Below the pieces are notes generated by a model that saw nothing but the letters and a program-made list of their open reading frames with translations, was not told the DNA's origin and ran no database searches. Below, piece by piece: positions 19,819-29,326 of a stretch of 64,000 bases of DNA. How positions within the stretch are numbered: the first letter of the stretch is position 1; every line of letters starts with the position of its first letter. The position numbers and the translations under genes are program-made. This DNA is from Bacillota bacterium (GTDB taxonomy: Bacteria; Bacillota; Ch66; Ch109). The stretch covers positions 1,669,503-1,733,502 of the forward strand of contig JBMNLH010000001.1 in assembly GCA_050952625.1 (NCBI GenBank). Direction: 5' to 3'.

Positions 19819-20073
19819 ATGCAGATTGAAGCCGAGGCGAATAAAGATATAATTGTTCCTCGGGGTGCCGCCGTATTTTATAACTGGGAAGGAACAGTGG
19901 GGGAAACTACTCAAAACTGGGGCCATGTAGGAATAGCCCTGCAAACTGGGAAATACGATGAAATAGATGTCATTAATGCTTTGGAAGGGGTGAATATTGA
20001 TTCCGGAGGGTATCTGGCCTACTACACGGACATGGACTATATTGGCTGGGCTTGGGTCTTTAAGAAAAATTAA
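19819..20073 (+). pseudogene. C-terminal fragment of an NlpC/P60- or CHAP-like peptidoglycan hydrolase
   Basis: PRGAAVFYNW...WGHVGIA...VINA...YIGW; the catalytic-Cys half is absent. Confidence 0.55.
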
Positions 20074-20103
20074 ATTTGCCGGCGGGGATTAGTATGACAT
20101 AAT

Positions 20104-20144
20104 CCGCAGAGACAGGCCTTTGAAAATCCAACCTGTCTCTGCGG
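20104..20144. terminator. Perfect 13-bp inverted repeat
   Basis: CCGCAGAGACAGG / CCTGTCTCTGCGG. Confidence 0.65.
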
Positions 20145-20164
20145 TCCCCCATTTTTACACTAAT

Positions 20165-20305
20165 AAAGCTGTCTGTTTTTTGTGGGACAAAAGAACAACC
20201 GTCTCCACATGGCTCGAGAGGACAGAATGAATGTCATTTGAATGTGTCCGTTCTCGGAAACATATCCACTGCTTTTTTGTCACTATCGGTAGACGGGAAC
20301 ATATC
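20165..20305 (-). other. rlmD-like att scars (distal island border)
   Basis: Minus strand encodes HVETVVLLSHKK (His codon 20209-20211) and two DMFP half-sites (20256-20266, 20295-20305). Confidence 0.75.
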
Positions 20306-20412
20306 CATTACACTCGTAAAATATAAAGGATGTTCACTACTGCTCTGTCGATTTAAATGGCTCACTCCAAACATTTATAGGCAAGTATTTTCCCAGTATC
20401 TGAATATTGCTA

Positions 20413-21513
20413 TCAACCTTTTTCTGAACGATACTTATGCTTAAGAGCATCAGTTACTGTTTCAATAATTGAAAATTCAAAATCCCGCTTTGACATTTCT
20501 ATCGAAGACAAGAACTTCTTGTTTCCTTTGAAAGACTTCCATAATAGTGTCTTATCTTTTTCATCAAAATTTATCTTAAACAAGAGATTGGAGAGAGAAA
20601 CAATCAAAGATTTCTGCTTATCATCAAACTTCTTTTTACTGAAAGCTATGTATTCCTTCAGATCACCTATGTCGTATTTTGGTTGCAATCCAGTTATCGG
20701 ATTAACCAACAATTGAGTAGAGGAATTCATCAGATTTACATAAGAACCCAATTCATATTGCTGTGCCTCTGTCATTAAGTTGTAGTCCAAGCCAAATGCT
20801 CTTGTTCTTTCACTTGCACAATTTAGTTTTTGGCTTTCATCTTTAATGCGGCTTATTCGCTCATTAATTTCTACAATAGCAATTTCGTATGATTTAACAT
20901 CACGCTTGCTGATGAGGGTGAAAATCTCCTCAAGACGGTTCTGATCACTTTTCCCTTTCCATAGCAGAAACCCGCTGCCCACAAGTGCAACTCCGGCAAT
21001 CGCCCAACCGACAGGTCCGGCAAGGGCCAGGAATGCATTTCCAGCAGCCATTCCTCCACCACCGGCCGCAAGCGCACCTCCGCCCAACCAAGCTAATGCC
21101 GCGTTGGTAGCTGCCGCGCCACTCAATGTAGATATGGCTGTTCCTGTTGAAGCAATACCGAATGTTGTCGCAATTCCCATTGCGGCAGTAGGGCCAAGAG
21201 CCGCAACTGCGATTCCGGCACCTAGACCAGCAGCACCTTTTCCAGCATTTTTTGCGACGGCATTTTTGTAATCTGATTCAATCTTTTCTGCTTGCTGCTT
21301 CCAGTTCAGACGGATTTTTTTCAGTTTTTCATACTCTAATCGCTTCTCGCCTGGAACATTTCTAATTTCGTCAAAGAGTTTTTGTATGGTGTTCAATTCA
21401 TCATAAAGCTGGCTTGTGAGTGTGCCCAACTCGCCAATTTTATCATTTGTTTTCTTGATAGCCGATTCTGCCTGCTCTTGGGCAAGTTTTAACCTCGATT
21501 TTTTCTTGCTCAT
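20413..21513 (-). CDS. Hypothetical protein: coiled coils flanking a long Gly/Ala hydrophobic segment
   Basis: ASTGTAISTLSGAAATNAALAWLGGGALAAGGGG...GPVGWAI; ATGA overlap with the upstream gene. Confidence 0.8.
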   Translation of the reverse strand: MSKKKSRLKLAQEQAESAIKKTNDKIGELGTLTSQLYDELNTIQKLFDEIRNVPGEKRLEYEKLKKIRLNWKQQAEKIESDYKNAVAKNAGKGAAGLGAGIAVAALGPTAAMGIATTFGIASTGTAISTLSGAAATNAALAWLGGGALAAGGGGMAAGNAFLALAGPVGWAIAGVALVGSGFLLWKGKSDQNRLEEIFTLISKRDVKSYEIAIVEINERISRIKDESQKLNCASERTRAFGLDYNLMTEAQQYELGSYVNLMNSSTQLLVNPITGLQPKYDIGDLKEYIAFSKKKFDDKQKSLIVSLSNLLFKINFDEKDKTLLWKSFKGNKKFLSSIEMSKRDFEFSIIETVTDALKHKYRSEKG

Positions 21514-22949
21514 TGTCTGTTACCCCCAAAATATAAATCTATATCGGATTTTGTTCTGAGTATATTATTATCAGGGACCTTTCTGAGTTCTGCCAATCGG
21601 ACAGATTTTTGGAATGCCTGAACATACATATCGCTATTCTTAAAGTCATCAATAAAATCTACAAGATCCTTATCATCGTATAACTCCGATAATAATGAGA
21701 GTCCGTTCAGATAGTTTTCTACGATGGTTATTTCTCTTCTTGCAAACTGAGCTTCGGACTCAGCTTTTCGTATTACAACAACCTGCTTTGCTTCGCCATA
21801 CAATGAAATCGTGAAACGGCCCACCCCCACTATGTTAAGCCGAAGGAAAAATTCAGTCACATTGAAGGTACCACCTCCGGTTATGAAAGCCCGTATGGTT
21901 GCATCGCCGAGATCCATCATGCAGAAGGTGCCGTGCGCTATTGTAAGCATTCTTTTTACGGTGGGATTTGAGAATGGCTCACAAGCTATCCACATAGCGG
22001 ATGCCGAACGTTCTTCTTTCCCTGTTGTTACGAAGTATTTTACCAATCGCCTTATCGCATATACCAACCTGACAATGATTTCATTGATAAAGACTGGAAT
22101 GACTTGGGTGGCTTGAAAGCGGATATCGTATCCTTCTTTGTATATGCTCAGAGCCAACTCATTTATTGTGTTGTCAAACTGTGAAGCGGGAATGTTCAGT
22201 TTTCTCTTTATTGCAATAATATCATTCGTCCATGCCCAAAACGGAGAAGGTATTCCCATACCTCGACCTTTACTGCTGGATGATCCAGATATATCGGAAA
22301 TCAAATGGCCAAACCAGTTGACGAACCCACAAAATAATTTTTCTGGAACATTACTGCCGCGAAGTTCAAATTTTCCATCAGCATTCTGTAAAGATATCAG
22401 TTCTCCACCGGAAACAAAGTGCGATTGATTTGTAAACTGATCTAATATCGAAAAAAACAAACCAAGCAAAGTCGGATTATGGCCAAGTGATTTGAAATGA
22501 TGATTTGAAGGATTCAAGTCAAATACTATACTCCCAGCATCACCGGCTCCGCGCTGGTCATATGGAATTTTAAATTTCTTCTCAAGAAAGCCAATTGCTG
22601 ATGACAGTGAATCATTTCCTTTGCCTTCCCATCCGCAAAGTTTAGCGAAATCAGTTGTCCGATTTACAAACCACTTATCAGTAACATCTCCAGCCGGTGA
22701 CTCTCCAGGTTTTCCAACCAGGAAAATATCAATGATGCCACAGAGAACTCCTGAACTTGCAGCCAACGCATAATCCAACTTATCACAGTTCGGTCTGAGA
22801 CTCTCAACTGACATGATTGTCTCTTTCAGACTCTGAATTTCAGTTTCCGCAGATATTAATGCTGTTTCGATGGAAGATGAAAAGCTAAACCCATCGTCAG
22901 CAACACTCATTCTAAGAACGAATCGGTCTGTTCCTTCTGCTTGATTCAT
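21510..22949 (-). CDS. Hypothetical membrane-associated protein, 479 aa
   Basis: Long ORF with SD GGGAGG, several hydrophobic segments, HHFKSLGHNP and WFGHLISD motifs. Confidence 0.8.
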   Translation of the reverse strand: MNQAEGTDRFVLRMSVADDGFSFSSSIETALISAETEIQSLKETIMSVESLRPNCDKLDYALAASSGVLCGIIDIFLVGKPGESPAGDVTDKWFVNRTTDFAKLCGWEGKGNDSLSSAIGFLEKKFKIPYDQRGAGDAGSIVFDLNPSNHHFKSLGHNPTLLGLFFSILDQFTNQSHFVSGGELISLQNADGKFELRGSNVPEKLFCGFVNWFGHLISDISGSSSSKGRGMGIPSPFWAWTNDIIAIKRKLNIPASQFDNTINELALSIYKEGYDIRFQATQVIPVFINEIIVRLVYAIRRLVKYFVTTGKEERSASAMWIACEPFSNPTVKRMLTIAHGTFCMMDLGDATIRAFITGGGTFNVTEFFLRLNIVGVGRFTISLYGEAKQVVVIRKAESEAQFARREITIVENYLNGLSLLSELYDDKDLVDFIDDFKNSDMYVQAFQKSVRLAELRKVPDNNILRTKSDIDLYFGGNRQ

Positions 22950-23239
22950 GCTTTTATACTCCCTCCCTTTTTTTAGTTTGCGTTATATCCGAATATCTGG
23001 TTGAATCTTATTTTTAGGTTATCAATCTCCTTGAGGGTAAAGCCGAGAAAGTCAATAGACCCGACATTTTAAATCACTTTTCATTTTTCCAATTACGGTT
23101 TCTGCTTCTTTATTCAATTGTCATCACATTGTAAATGTAAGAATATGTAGTTTGATTTTCATTTCAGCATAACAACACATCTACGTTTTTTTGCCGAATT
23201 TTCCTTTTTCAAAGGAATAGTACATAATCAGTATTTCTT

Positions 23240-24145
23240 TTACCTCAAATATTGTATGGCAAGTGCAATTAGTGATAAACAACGATTGAAAAAATAGTCG
23301 TAATAACGGACATCAGTAATATCAATCCTATCAGTTTCATGATGCCGTATGCGATATTTATTTCCAATGTCCGTCAACACCTTAAATTCATTATTAAACA
23401 AATCGGCAAAATCATCATTTCCGTTTGCCATATCATTTACTATTTTTTTGGATGAATGTTTCTTATCTAATGTTGTATAGTAAGTTTTTAGACGTTCTAA
23501 CGCATCCCATATCTTTTCCACTGAATCTTGTCGTGCTGTTGGATTTGGTGTCTTATATAATGCAACAGCATCTTTCAACAACTCTCTTGTGCCTACCTCA
23601 TGTACCGCTGCAAAAGTATTTTCAATTTCCGTTGTAAGTGGACTGTTTTCAACAATTCTTTCTATAATTTTTTCATCTGTAAGTTCATAAAGTAGCCCCG
23701 ACTCAGTAAATATTTCATTTATTGCCTCCTGGAAATTTTCAAATACATCTGAAGAGTTATGGCAATCTATCGTTTTATAGTTTCGGTATCTCTCATTATT
23801 CCATCGTTCTGAGATATCCTTAATATTTTGTGCAAAAAACTCAATAAGGTCTAAAAGTGCATACTGGTCATATTCATCGTCATATGCAGGGGCACAAATT
23901 CTATCGTACTCATCCCGAAATAGAGAAGGGATTCTTATTTTAATTCTAGTTATAAATCCTTTTTCATCAAATGCAACATAGTCACTATCTGTAAAGTCAT
24001 GATGACAATTTAGAATGAAAATATGCGTTAAGTTTTTTTGATATCTTTTGCAGCAATCTAAAAGTAATGAATACATATCCCTGTTAATAGAATATGTCTT
24101 TTCCAGTGGTGCTCTTATACCATGTCTTTCAGAATATAATTTCAT
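23240..24145 (-). CDS. AbiJ-related protein (AbiJ-NTD4-like N-terminus, HEPN-like C-terminus)
   Basis: MKLYSERHG..., DSVEKIWDALERLKT, LTDIGNKYRIRHHE. True start is ATG 24145; the upstream codons in the ORF track are mostly IS sequence. Confidence 0.75.
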   Translation of the reverse strand: MKLYSERHGIRAPLEKTYSINRDMYSLLLDCCKRYQKNLTHIFILNCHHDFTDSDYVAFDEKGFITRIKIRIPSLFRDEYDRICAPAYDDEYDQYALLDLIEFFAQNIKDISERWNNERYRNYKTIDCHNSSDVFENFQEAINEIFTESGLLYELTDEKIIERIVENSPLTTEIENTFAAVHEVGTRELLKDAVALYKTPNPTARQDSVEKIWDALERLKTYYTTLDKKHSSKKIVNDMANGNDDFADLFNNEFKVLTDIGNKYRIRHHETDRIDITDVRYYDYFFNRCLSLIALAIQYLR

Positions 24146-24354
24146 AAGCCATCTTGTTACAGCCATCCCATAATGTCCATCAATAGACGGAGTATAATGT
24201 CCGAAATATGACGGAGCCAATGACCAAAAATAAGGTGATATTCAATGTTAGTGCCAGTAATCCAAAAGGTAAGGTTTTGTACTATTGGTTCAGTTTTAGG
24301 CCCAAAGGATTCATGTTCGCTAAAGACGAAATGCGAATCCCTTGGGCTGATTGA

Positions 24355-24675
24355 TTATTTTAGGCTTATGATGTCGGAAAGAGCCTTATAGGCATAGGCC
24401 ACGGTTATGCCATCGACTAAATTGTCTATTGCATTAGAGAGCTTTTCACTGTTATGACGAATATCATCTGGACTGCTGAGCCAACAACCGGCCTGGCGGT
24501 CAGGGATGCAGGCGAAAACTCCCGTGGTTGTTCTTCCTAACATGAGCAGGATGCTGGACCGACTCTGAATGAAGATCTCATAGTGACTTCCAAAGCCCTG
24601 AATCCTGGTTATTTTGCCTCCCCAGTCTTCCCGCTCACCTTCTCCCCAGTAATAGGAGCAGTAGAATCTCGTCAT
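24355..24675 (-). CDS. Transposon accessory protein (DUF6618-like)
   Basis: 106 aa, ATGA-coupled to the ATPase, present in both copies. Confidence 0.7.
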   Translation of the reverse strand: MTRFYCSYYWGEGEREDWGGKITRIQGFGSHYEIFIQSRSSILLMLGRTTTGVFACIPDRQAGCWLSSPDDIRHNSEKLSNAIDNLVDGITVAYAYKALSDIISLK

Positions 24676-25472
24676 GCTAATTCCCCCTGCACCACAAGTT
24701 TCACCATGTGGTCATCAATGATTCGACGACCGTTTTGGGCCCCATAGATCAGGCAATGGGTACAAACCTTGTTGATCAGGCGGGCGGCACCACTGGAAAA
24801 CCGATAAACCTCGTCAAGCGCAGCCTCCGAGAAGATATCCCGGTCCGCACCAGCATACGCAAGGTGTCGGTTTACATACATTTCGACTTGGGAGCGATCA
24901 AAGTGGGAGAGTTTGCACTGCAGGTCAATCCGCTGCCGAATGGCCGCGTAGGCCTGTAATTGAAATCTATCCCATAATTCACTTTGACCAACCAGGATAA
25001 GGGCCATAGGACTGACGGCATCCATTTGAAAGTTGAGTAGAAAGCGAACTTCTTCCAGCATTTCACGATCTAATAAGTGGCTTTCATCTACCACGACAAC
25101 TGGCTGTAAATGATGGATGCCGCGCATGAGTTCAATTTGGCGATGCAGCTGGCGTTTGGCGTCACCACGGTAAAACTTAGCCTCACATCCGAGCTGCTCC
25201 AGTAACCCTTTATAGAAATGGCGGGGTGTCAGTTTGGAGTCCGCCAGATATAATAATTTAAAAGCGGCTGGATCAAGGGTATCCTTGAATCGACGGATGA
25301 TGGTGGTCTTGCCGGTGCCGCAATCTCCGGTGATCACCATGAATAACTGCCGTTTGGCGGCGTATTCCATCCGGCCCAGGGTTTCTTCTAACATGGCAGG
25401 AGTGAAAAGTTGGTCTGTCGGGATGTCCCTGGAAAATGGTGAGGCAGTCAATCCGTAAAATTCCTCAAACAT
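24672..25472 (-). CDS. ExeA/TnsC-like AAA ATPase of the transposon
   Basis: MFEEFYGL..PF, GDCGTGKT, VVDESH, LVGQ, RQRI; start ATG 25472. Confidence 0.9.
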   Translation of the reverse strand: MFEEFYGLTASPFSRDIPTDQLFTPAMLEETLGRMEYAAKRQLFMVITGDCGTGKTTIIRRFKDTLDPAAFKLLYLADSKLTPRHFYKGLLEQLGCEAKFYRGDAKRQLHRQIELMRGIHHLQPVVVVDESHLLDREMLEEVRFLLNFQMDAVSPMALILVGQSELWDRFQLQAYAAIRQRIDLQCKLSHFDRSQVEMYVNRHLAYAGADRDIFSEAALDEVYRFSSGAARLINKVCTHCLIYGAQNGRRIIDDHMVKLVVQGELA

Positions 25473-26814
25473 TGCGGCCACCGTCCTTTCTCCGGTAGGA
25501 CACCACTGGGATCTGCCGTTCTTTTCGTTGTTGGTTCTTTTGTTCGGCTGCGGCCAAAAGGCGGGAATTCTCAGCCGGTTGTGGCTGCAGGTGAGACGGT
25601 AGTTTTGGCCTTGGTCCGGTTCGTTCACCAATCACCAATTGTTTAGCGGTCCACGGAGCATGTCCTTCATACTCTAGGGTCAAGGTTGAAGTGTCGGATG
25701 GATCATAGACCACGTTAACGGTCCGTCCAATGAAGGCTAGGCCAGCCTCGTACTTTTGATTCATGAAGCTGATGCAGCCTGATTTATCAACTTTACGTTC
25801 CTCACAGTGCAGGAAGGCGTCTCTAATGACTTCGGGATCCAGAAATCGGATTGGTTTGGCGTCACTATTATAGGCTACAGCCGGGCTGATATCTTTCCCT
25901 AAGGCAGAATGCGGTTTGTTTTGGTAGCATTCATCTAGCCATACCCAGAATAGTTCGTTGAGCCGATCTAAGGTTTGCGGTTTTTCTAACTGCGCTTCAG
26001 CAAAAAACGAATCTACTGTTCTGTTGAATTTTTCTACCTTGCCAGTGGCCTCCGGCGAGTAGGGTTTGGCAAATACCAGACGGATCCCCATTTTGGAGCA
26101 GGCCCGGGTCATCCATTTGGTGCGGTACTGTTTTCCGTTATCAAAGTAGACGGCGTCCGGAGCCCCGTATTTCATAATCACCTGTCGGAAGGCATCTTCG
26201 ATGATGATCTGATCTAGGGTCGGGTAGAACTGGGCATGCAAAACATAACGGGTCGCGTCATCAATGAAAACAACCAGGTATACCTGTTTCTTCTCGCCAT
26301 TTGGACCGATTGGTAGATATGGCCCATATTTTATGTCCGAATGGATGAGTTGGTTGCGATACCGTTTCTGGAATCGGCGGGCAGCTACTCCATAATCGGC
26401 GTACAGCTTCATCTGTCGAGTGCTGTAGCCTTTTTCGGCTAACTTTTCCTGCAGGGTACTGCGTTTGATCTGCCCTGGTTTCACTAGTCCTTCCCATTCC
26501 AGGATCTGAATAATCTGGGTGATACTGCGTCTTGGCACCTCGCGCCGGAGCAGGATGGCCTGTTCAAGAACATTCGGGGGAATCGCCTCCTTTTTTCGAC
26601 CTGAACCTTTACCTTTAGGCCGCAGTCCAGCGAATCCTTCTTTTTTGTACTGTGACAGATATCTACGGAGGGTTCTCTCAGATATGCCGGTCTGTTCACA
26701 GATGGTGGCTTTGATCTGTCTAGCTTTGGCAGTATCCAGACCTTCAGCCAGTAAAGGAGACAATAACTCAACCCGCTGAATCGCAATTTCTTCCGCTTTC
26801 TGCTTATCTCTCAT
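25465..26814 (-). CDS. DDE transposase (HTH, rve core, Mu-transposase-like C-terminus)
   Basis: HSDIK, FIDDATR, YFDNG, GKVEKFN, RKVDKSGCISF. Confidence 0.93.
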   Translation of the reverse strand: MRDKQKAEEIAIQRVELLSPLLAEGLDTAKARQIKATICEQTGISERTLRRYLSQYKKEGFAGLRPKGKGSGRKKEAIPPNVLEQAILLRREVPRRSITQIIQILEWEGLVKPGQIKRSTLQEKLAEKGYSTRQMKLYADYGVAARRFQKRYRNQLIHSDIKYGPYLPIGPNGEKKQVYLVVFIDDATRYVLHAQFYPTLDQIIIEDAFRQVIMKYGAPDAVYFDNGKQYRTKWMTRACSKMGIRLVFAKPYSPEATGKVEKFNRTVDSFFAEAQLEKPQTLDRLNELFWVWLDECYQNKPHSALGKDISPAVAYNSDAKPIRFLDPEVIRDAFLHCEERKVDKSGCISFMNQKYEAGLAFIGRTVNVVYDPSDTSTLTLEYEGHAPWTAKQLVIGERTGPRPKLPSHLQPQPAENSRLLAAAEQKNQQRKERQIPVVSYRRKDGGRNV

Positions 26815-26863
26815 GCTGAAAATCCTCCTTTTTAGGTTTCAACATGAGTCTATCTCTTGCCCT

Positions 26864-27385
26864 TCAGGACAAAAATGCAGATCGGGTCTGTATCCAAAAA
26901 TTTAAATTTACTATCGGTCGGACAATTCTTGCTAGCCATCCGGGGGAATTCCCCACATAATGCCAGATCCTTTGGAGCGTGGACTTAGGAAGGTTGGATA
27001 TGCCTTCCACAGATTCTCTTCCGTACCTTATCACTATGGATATTAAACAGCCCAAGATATAATCAGATAACTCTACAAACCAGTTTCGCCAGCGGCCAAT
27101 AGTGGACTCGTCCGCTGCGACCGTCAGATCGTCATTTCCGGAAATAACCGACTCAATGCTTTCGCTGCTATGGCGTTTATATGGAACCAGGATATCCGGG
27201 AGTTCGTGATGTATCCGATGGCAATGACGACAACGAAGTCTACGGATAACTAGGACATTTTTATTTCCTATGCCATTAATGAACCTGCGATGACGGCTGC
27301 CAATAACCTTCAATAACCCATTACAGCATGGACAAGGATTCTGCTCCGCGCTCCTTACAAAAAACACCCTTTTCAAGGTTTTCAA
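26864..27385 (-). CDS. DUF6431-like zinc-finger protein
   Basis: CPCC...CRHC..IHHELPDILVPYKRH; the 5' end probably lies in another frame. Confidence 0.75.
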   Translation of the reverse strand: MKTLKRVFFVRSAEQNPCPCCNGLLKVIGSRHRRFINGIGNKNVLVIRRLRCRHCHRIHHELPDILVPYKRHSSESIESVISGNDDLTVAADESTIGRWRNWFVELSDYILGCLISIVIRYGRESVEGISNLPKSTLQRIWHYVGNSPGWLARIVRPIVNLNFWIQTRSAFLS

Positions 27386-27637
27386 TCAGTTCATATTCTG
27401 CTACAATGATCATACTAAGTAGTGGGGACGCCCTTGGTGCTTCTATTGGCGTGGAAAGCATCTTATAAAGGGGCGTCTTTTCCTTTCTGTATAATATGGT
27501 CATTATATACAGCAATCTCTGGTCAGGCAATTCCATCAGCTTTTTGACATTTTAGCTTGGCTCAAACACCATCTCCTTAAATTCCTATTTATCATTTATT
27601 AAATAGGTAACATTCATTTCGCGATTTAATACATCAT

Positions 27638-28705
27638 CTACACATATGGGTCTAAAAGGAGTTTCTTTGTCCCTTTTTTATTTTCCTCATCAATTATTAA
27701 ATCACAAGTCAATTTATCTATATCACTAAAATCCATATCTGGTTTAAACCCTTTATCTGGTTTTAACCAATGATTCATCATCAATCTGTCAAACGTTGCT
27801 TCACAACTTCTTCTTGGACATCTCCCTATTGTTGTTGTGAAAAGATTGGAATGGTATGAATAATGATGCGTATGAATAAAATCATCCCACGATTGGATAA
27901 CCTCATCTTCATCACGCAAATCAACTATTTCTATTTCTTCAAGATTTCTGTCTTTCACCGCACCCCATGCTTTATTCAACATCCCAATAGCTTCTGCATC
28001 ACTCTTTGGTGCGCTATATCCAAAAATAGTAACCATATACGCTACCTCTAAAGCATTATTCAATGATTTCCATGACTTTGATATAGCTGTATCACTAGCA
28101 TAATCTTTATTCTTTATTGGAAATAAAAGTTTTGTGGGAGCGAGGGGTTCACCACATCTACACGGCATCCCTACATTACCCATGACATTATCCTCTGAAC
28201 AATATCCAACAGCAACATTTCCATGTAAAAAAGCTAACTGTGGCAAATTAGTAGTATAAGCCATAGCACGTGCATAAGCCTGCACTAAAAGTGGATCCCA
28301 ATTAAAAGTTGCAATTAAATCCTTTGAAGTTAGTCCCATAATCAAATAATCATAAACAGTAGGACTATCAGGTAACTTGAAGTTTAACATGTAGTCACGG
28401 ATGACTTCCTCTAACTTTTGCTTGGCATCCATGCAATTAGGTTCTGCTTTACTGCGCTCATCAAGCTCCATATAAATATCTTCTAAATTATCAGAAGAAG
28501 TATGTAGAGTTATTTTTTCTAATATATCTGTCAATCCAAGCTTTTCAATGAAACCATTCATTGCGGATATTTTCCTACCATTCCTATCCCCATTTGGGAT
28601 AGCTGCACAGCTCGCACCGGCGCCCAGTAGAACAACGTGTGGTCTGCTCTTCATGTAATATTCATAATCATGCAAATCCTTCGCTGTTGGATAATCATCC
28701 TTCAT
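27638..28705 (-). CDS. SIR2-like domain protein
   Basis: LLGAGAS, TFNWDPLL, LHGNV, IFGYS motifs of SIR2_2-like folds; start uncertain (28705-28738). Confidence 0.7.
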   Translation of the reverse strand: MKDDYPTAKDLHDYEYYMKSRPHVVLLGAGASCAAIPNGDRNGRKISAMNGFIEKLGLTDILEKITLHTSSDNLEDIYMELDERSKAEPNCMDAKQKLEEVIRDYMLNFKLPDSPTVYDYLIMGLTSKDLIATFNWDPLLVQAYARAMAYTTNLPQLAFLHGNVAVGYCSEDNVMGNVGMPCRCGEPLAPTKLLFPIKNKDYASDTAISKSWKSLNNALEVAYMVTIFGYSAPKSDAEAIGMLNKAWGAVKDRNLEEIEIVDLRDEDEVIQSWDDFIHTHHYSYHSNLFTTTIGRCPRRSCEATFDRLMMNHWLKPDKGFKPDMDFSDIDKLTCDLIIDEENKKGTKKLLLDPYV

Positions 28706-28727
28706 TTTCCATTCCATCCCCCTTAAG

Positions 28728-29311
28728 TTAAATTTCAATTATGTAATATTTACGACCCTCGCCTAAGTCCTGCCAGCTGAAATCATACTCTGCCAGATAA
28801 GGAAACATGCAATCTTTCGTTTTTACCTACACCGGTAGGCTTAAAAATACTGCCGTAAACAGAATACTCTTCTCTAAAAAACTTATAAATGCCTTCGTTG
28901 TTGCGCCCTTCGTAGAAAGGCCTGTCTGAAACAAGGGTAACAGTAGCCGTTTTAGTAAATCCCCGGCTCTTAAGTTCTTCCATGAATTTAATATCCTTCA
29001 CGAATGAATACATCTGCTCTGGGTACTGGCCATTTAATGGACACTTAAGTTCAATGGCATACTTCTCAGATTTATCTTCATTAAATATGGTAATATCTAT
29101 TTCCCTTCTTAATGGTTTTGTTGTCTGGTGTGAAATATGACACATTCCTTTCAAATTGAATCCTGATAGCCCTAGAAGTCTTTCTACGTAGGAATATCCC
29201 CAGCTCATGCTGAAGGCTAAACTCATTATAGATTTCAACTTTATTCGCCTGTACGTACATGAAGAAGTCTTCTACAAATTTCCTTAAATCAAGCAAAGCC
29301 TCTACCTCCAT
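28728..29311 (-). pseudogene. PD-(D/E)XK-like hypothetical nuclease with multiple frameshifts
   Basis: YNEFSLQHELG...EIDI...AIELK...FVKDI split over frames by several apparent 1-nt insertions. Confidence 0.6.
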
Positions 29312-29326
29312 CCTTCATCCGCTCTC

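Larger units (their letters stand above)
24155..27568 (-). mobile_element. Four-gene transposable element, copy 1 (complete, 3414 bp)
   Basis: TGT...ACA ends, 23-bp imperfect IR (TGTTACAGCCATCCCATAATGTC / TGTTTGAGCCAAGCTAAAATGTC), 6-bp TSD CCATCT at 24149-24154 and 27569-27574, subterminal AATG(T/A)CC repeats. Confidence 0.92.

Noticed and set aside
24146-24220. N-terminal 25 aa of the 326-aa ORF
   Set aside because: Derived mostly from the transposon end; the reconstructed SD points to ATG 24145
24165-24250. Periodic AATGTCC repeats resembling a mini CRISPR array
   Set aside because: Too short, spacers partly repeated, and located at transposon ends in both copies; these are transposase-binding repeats
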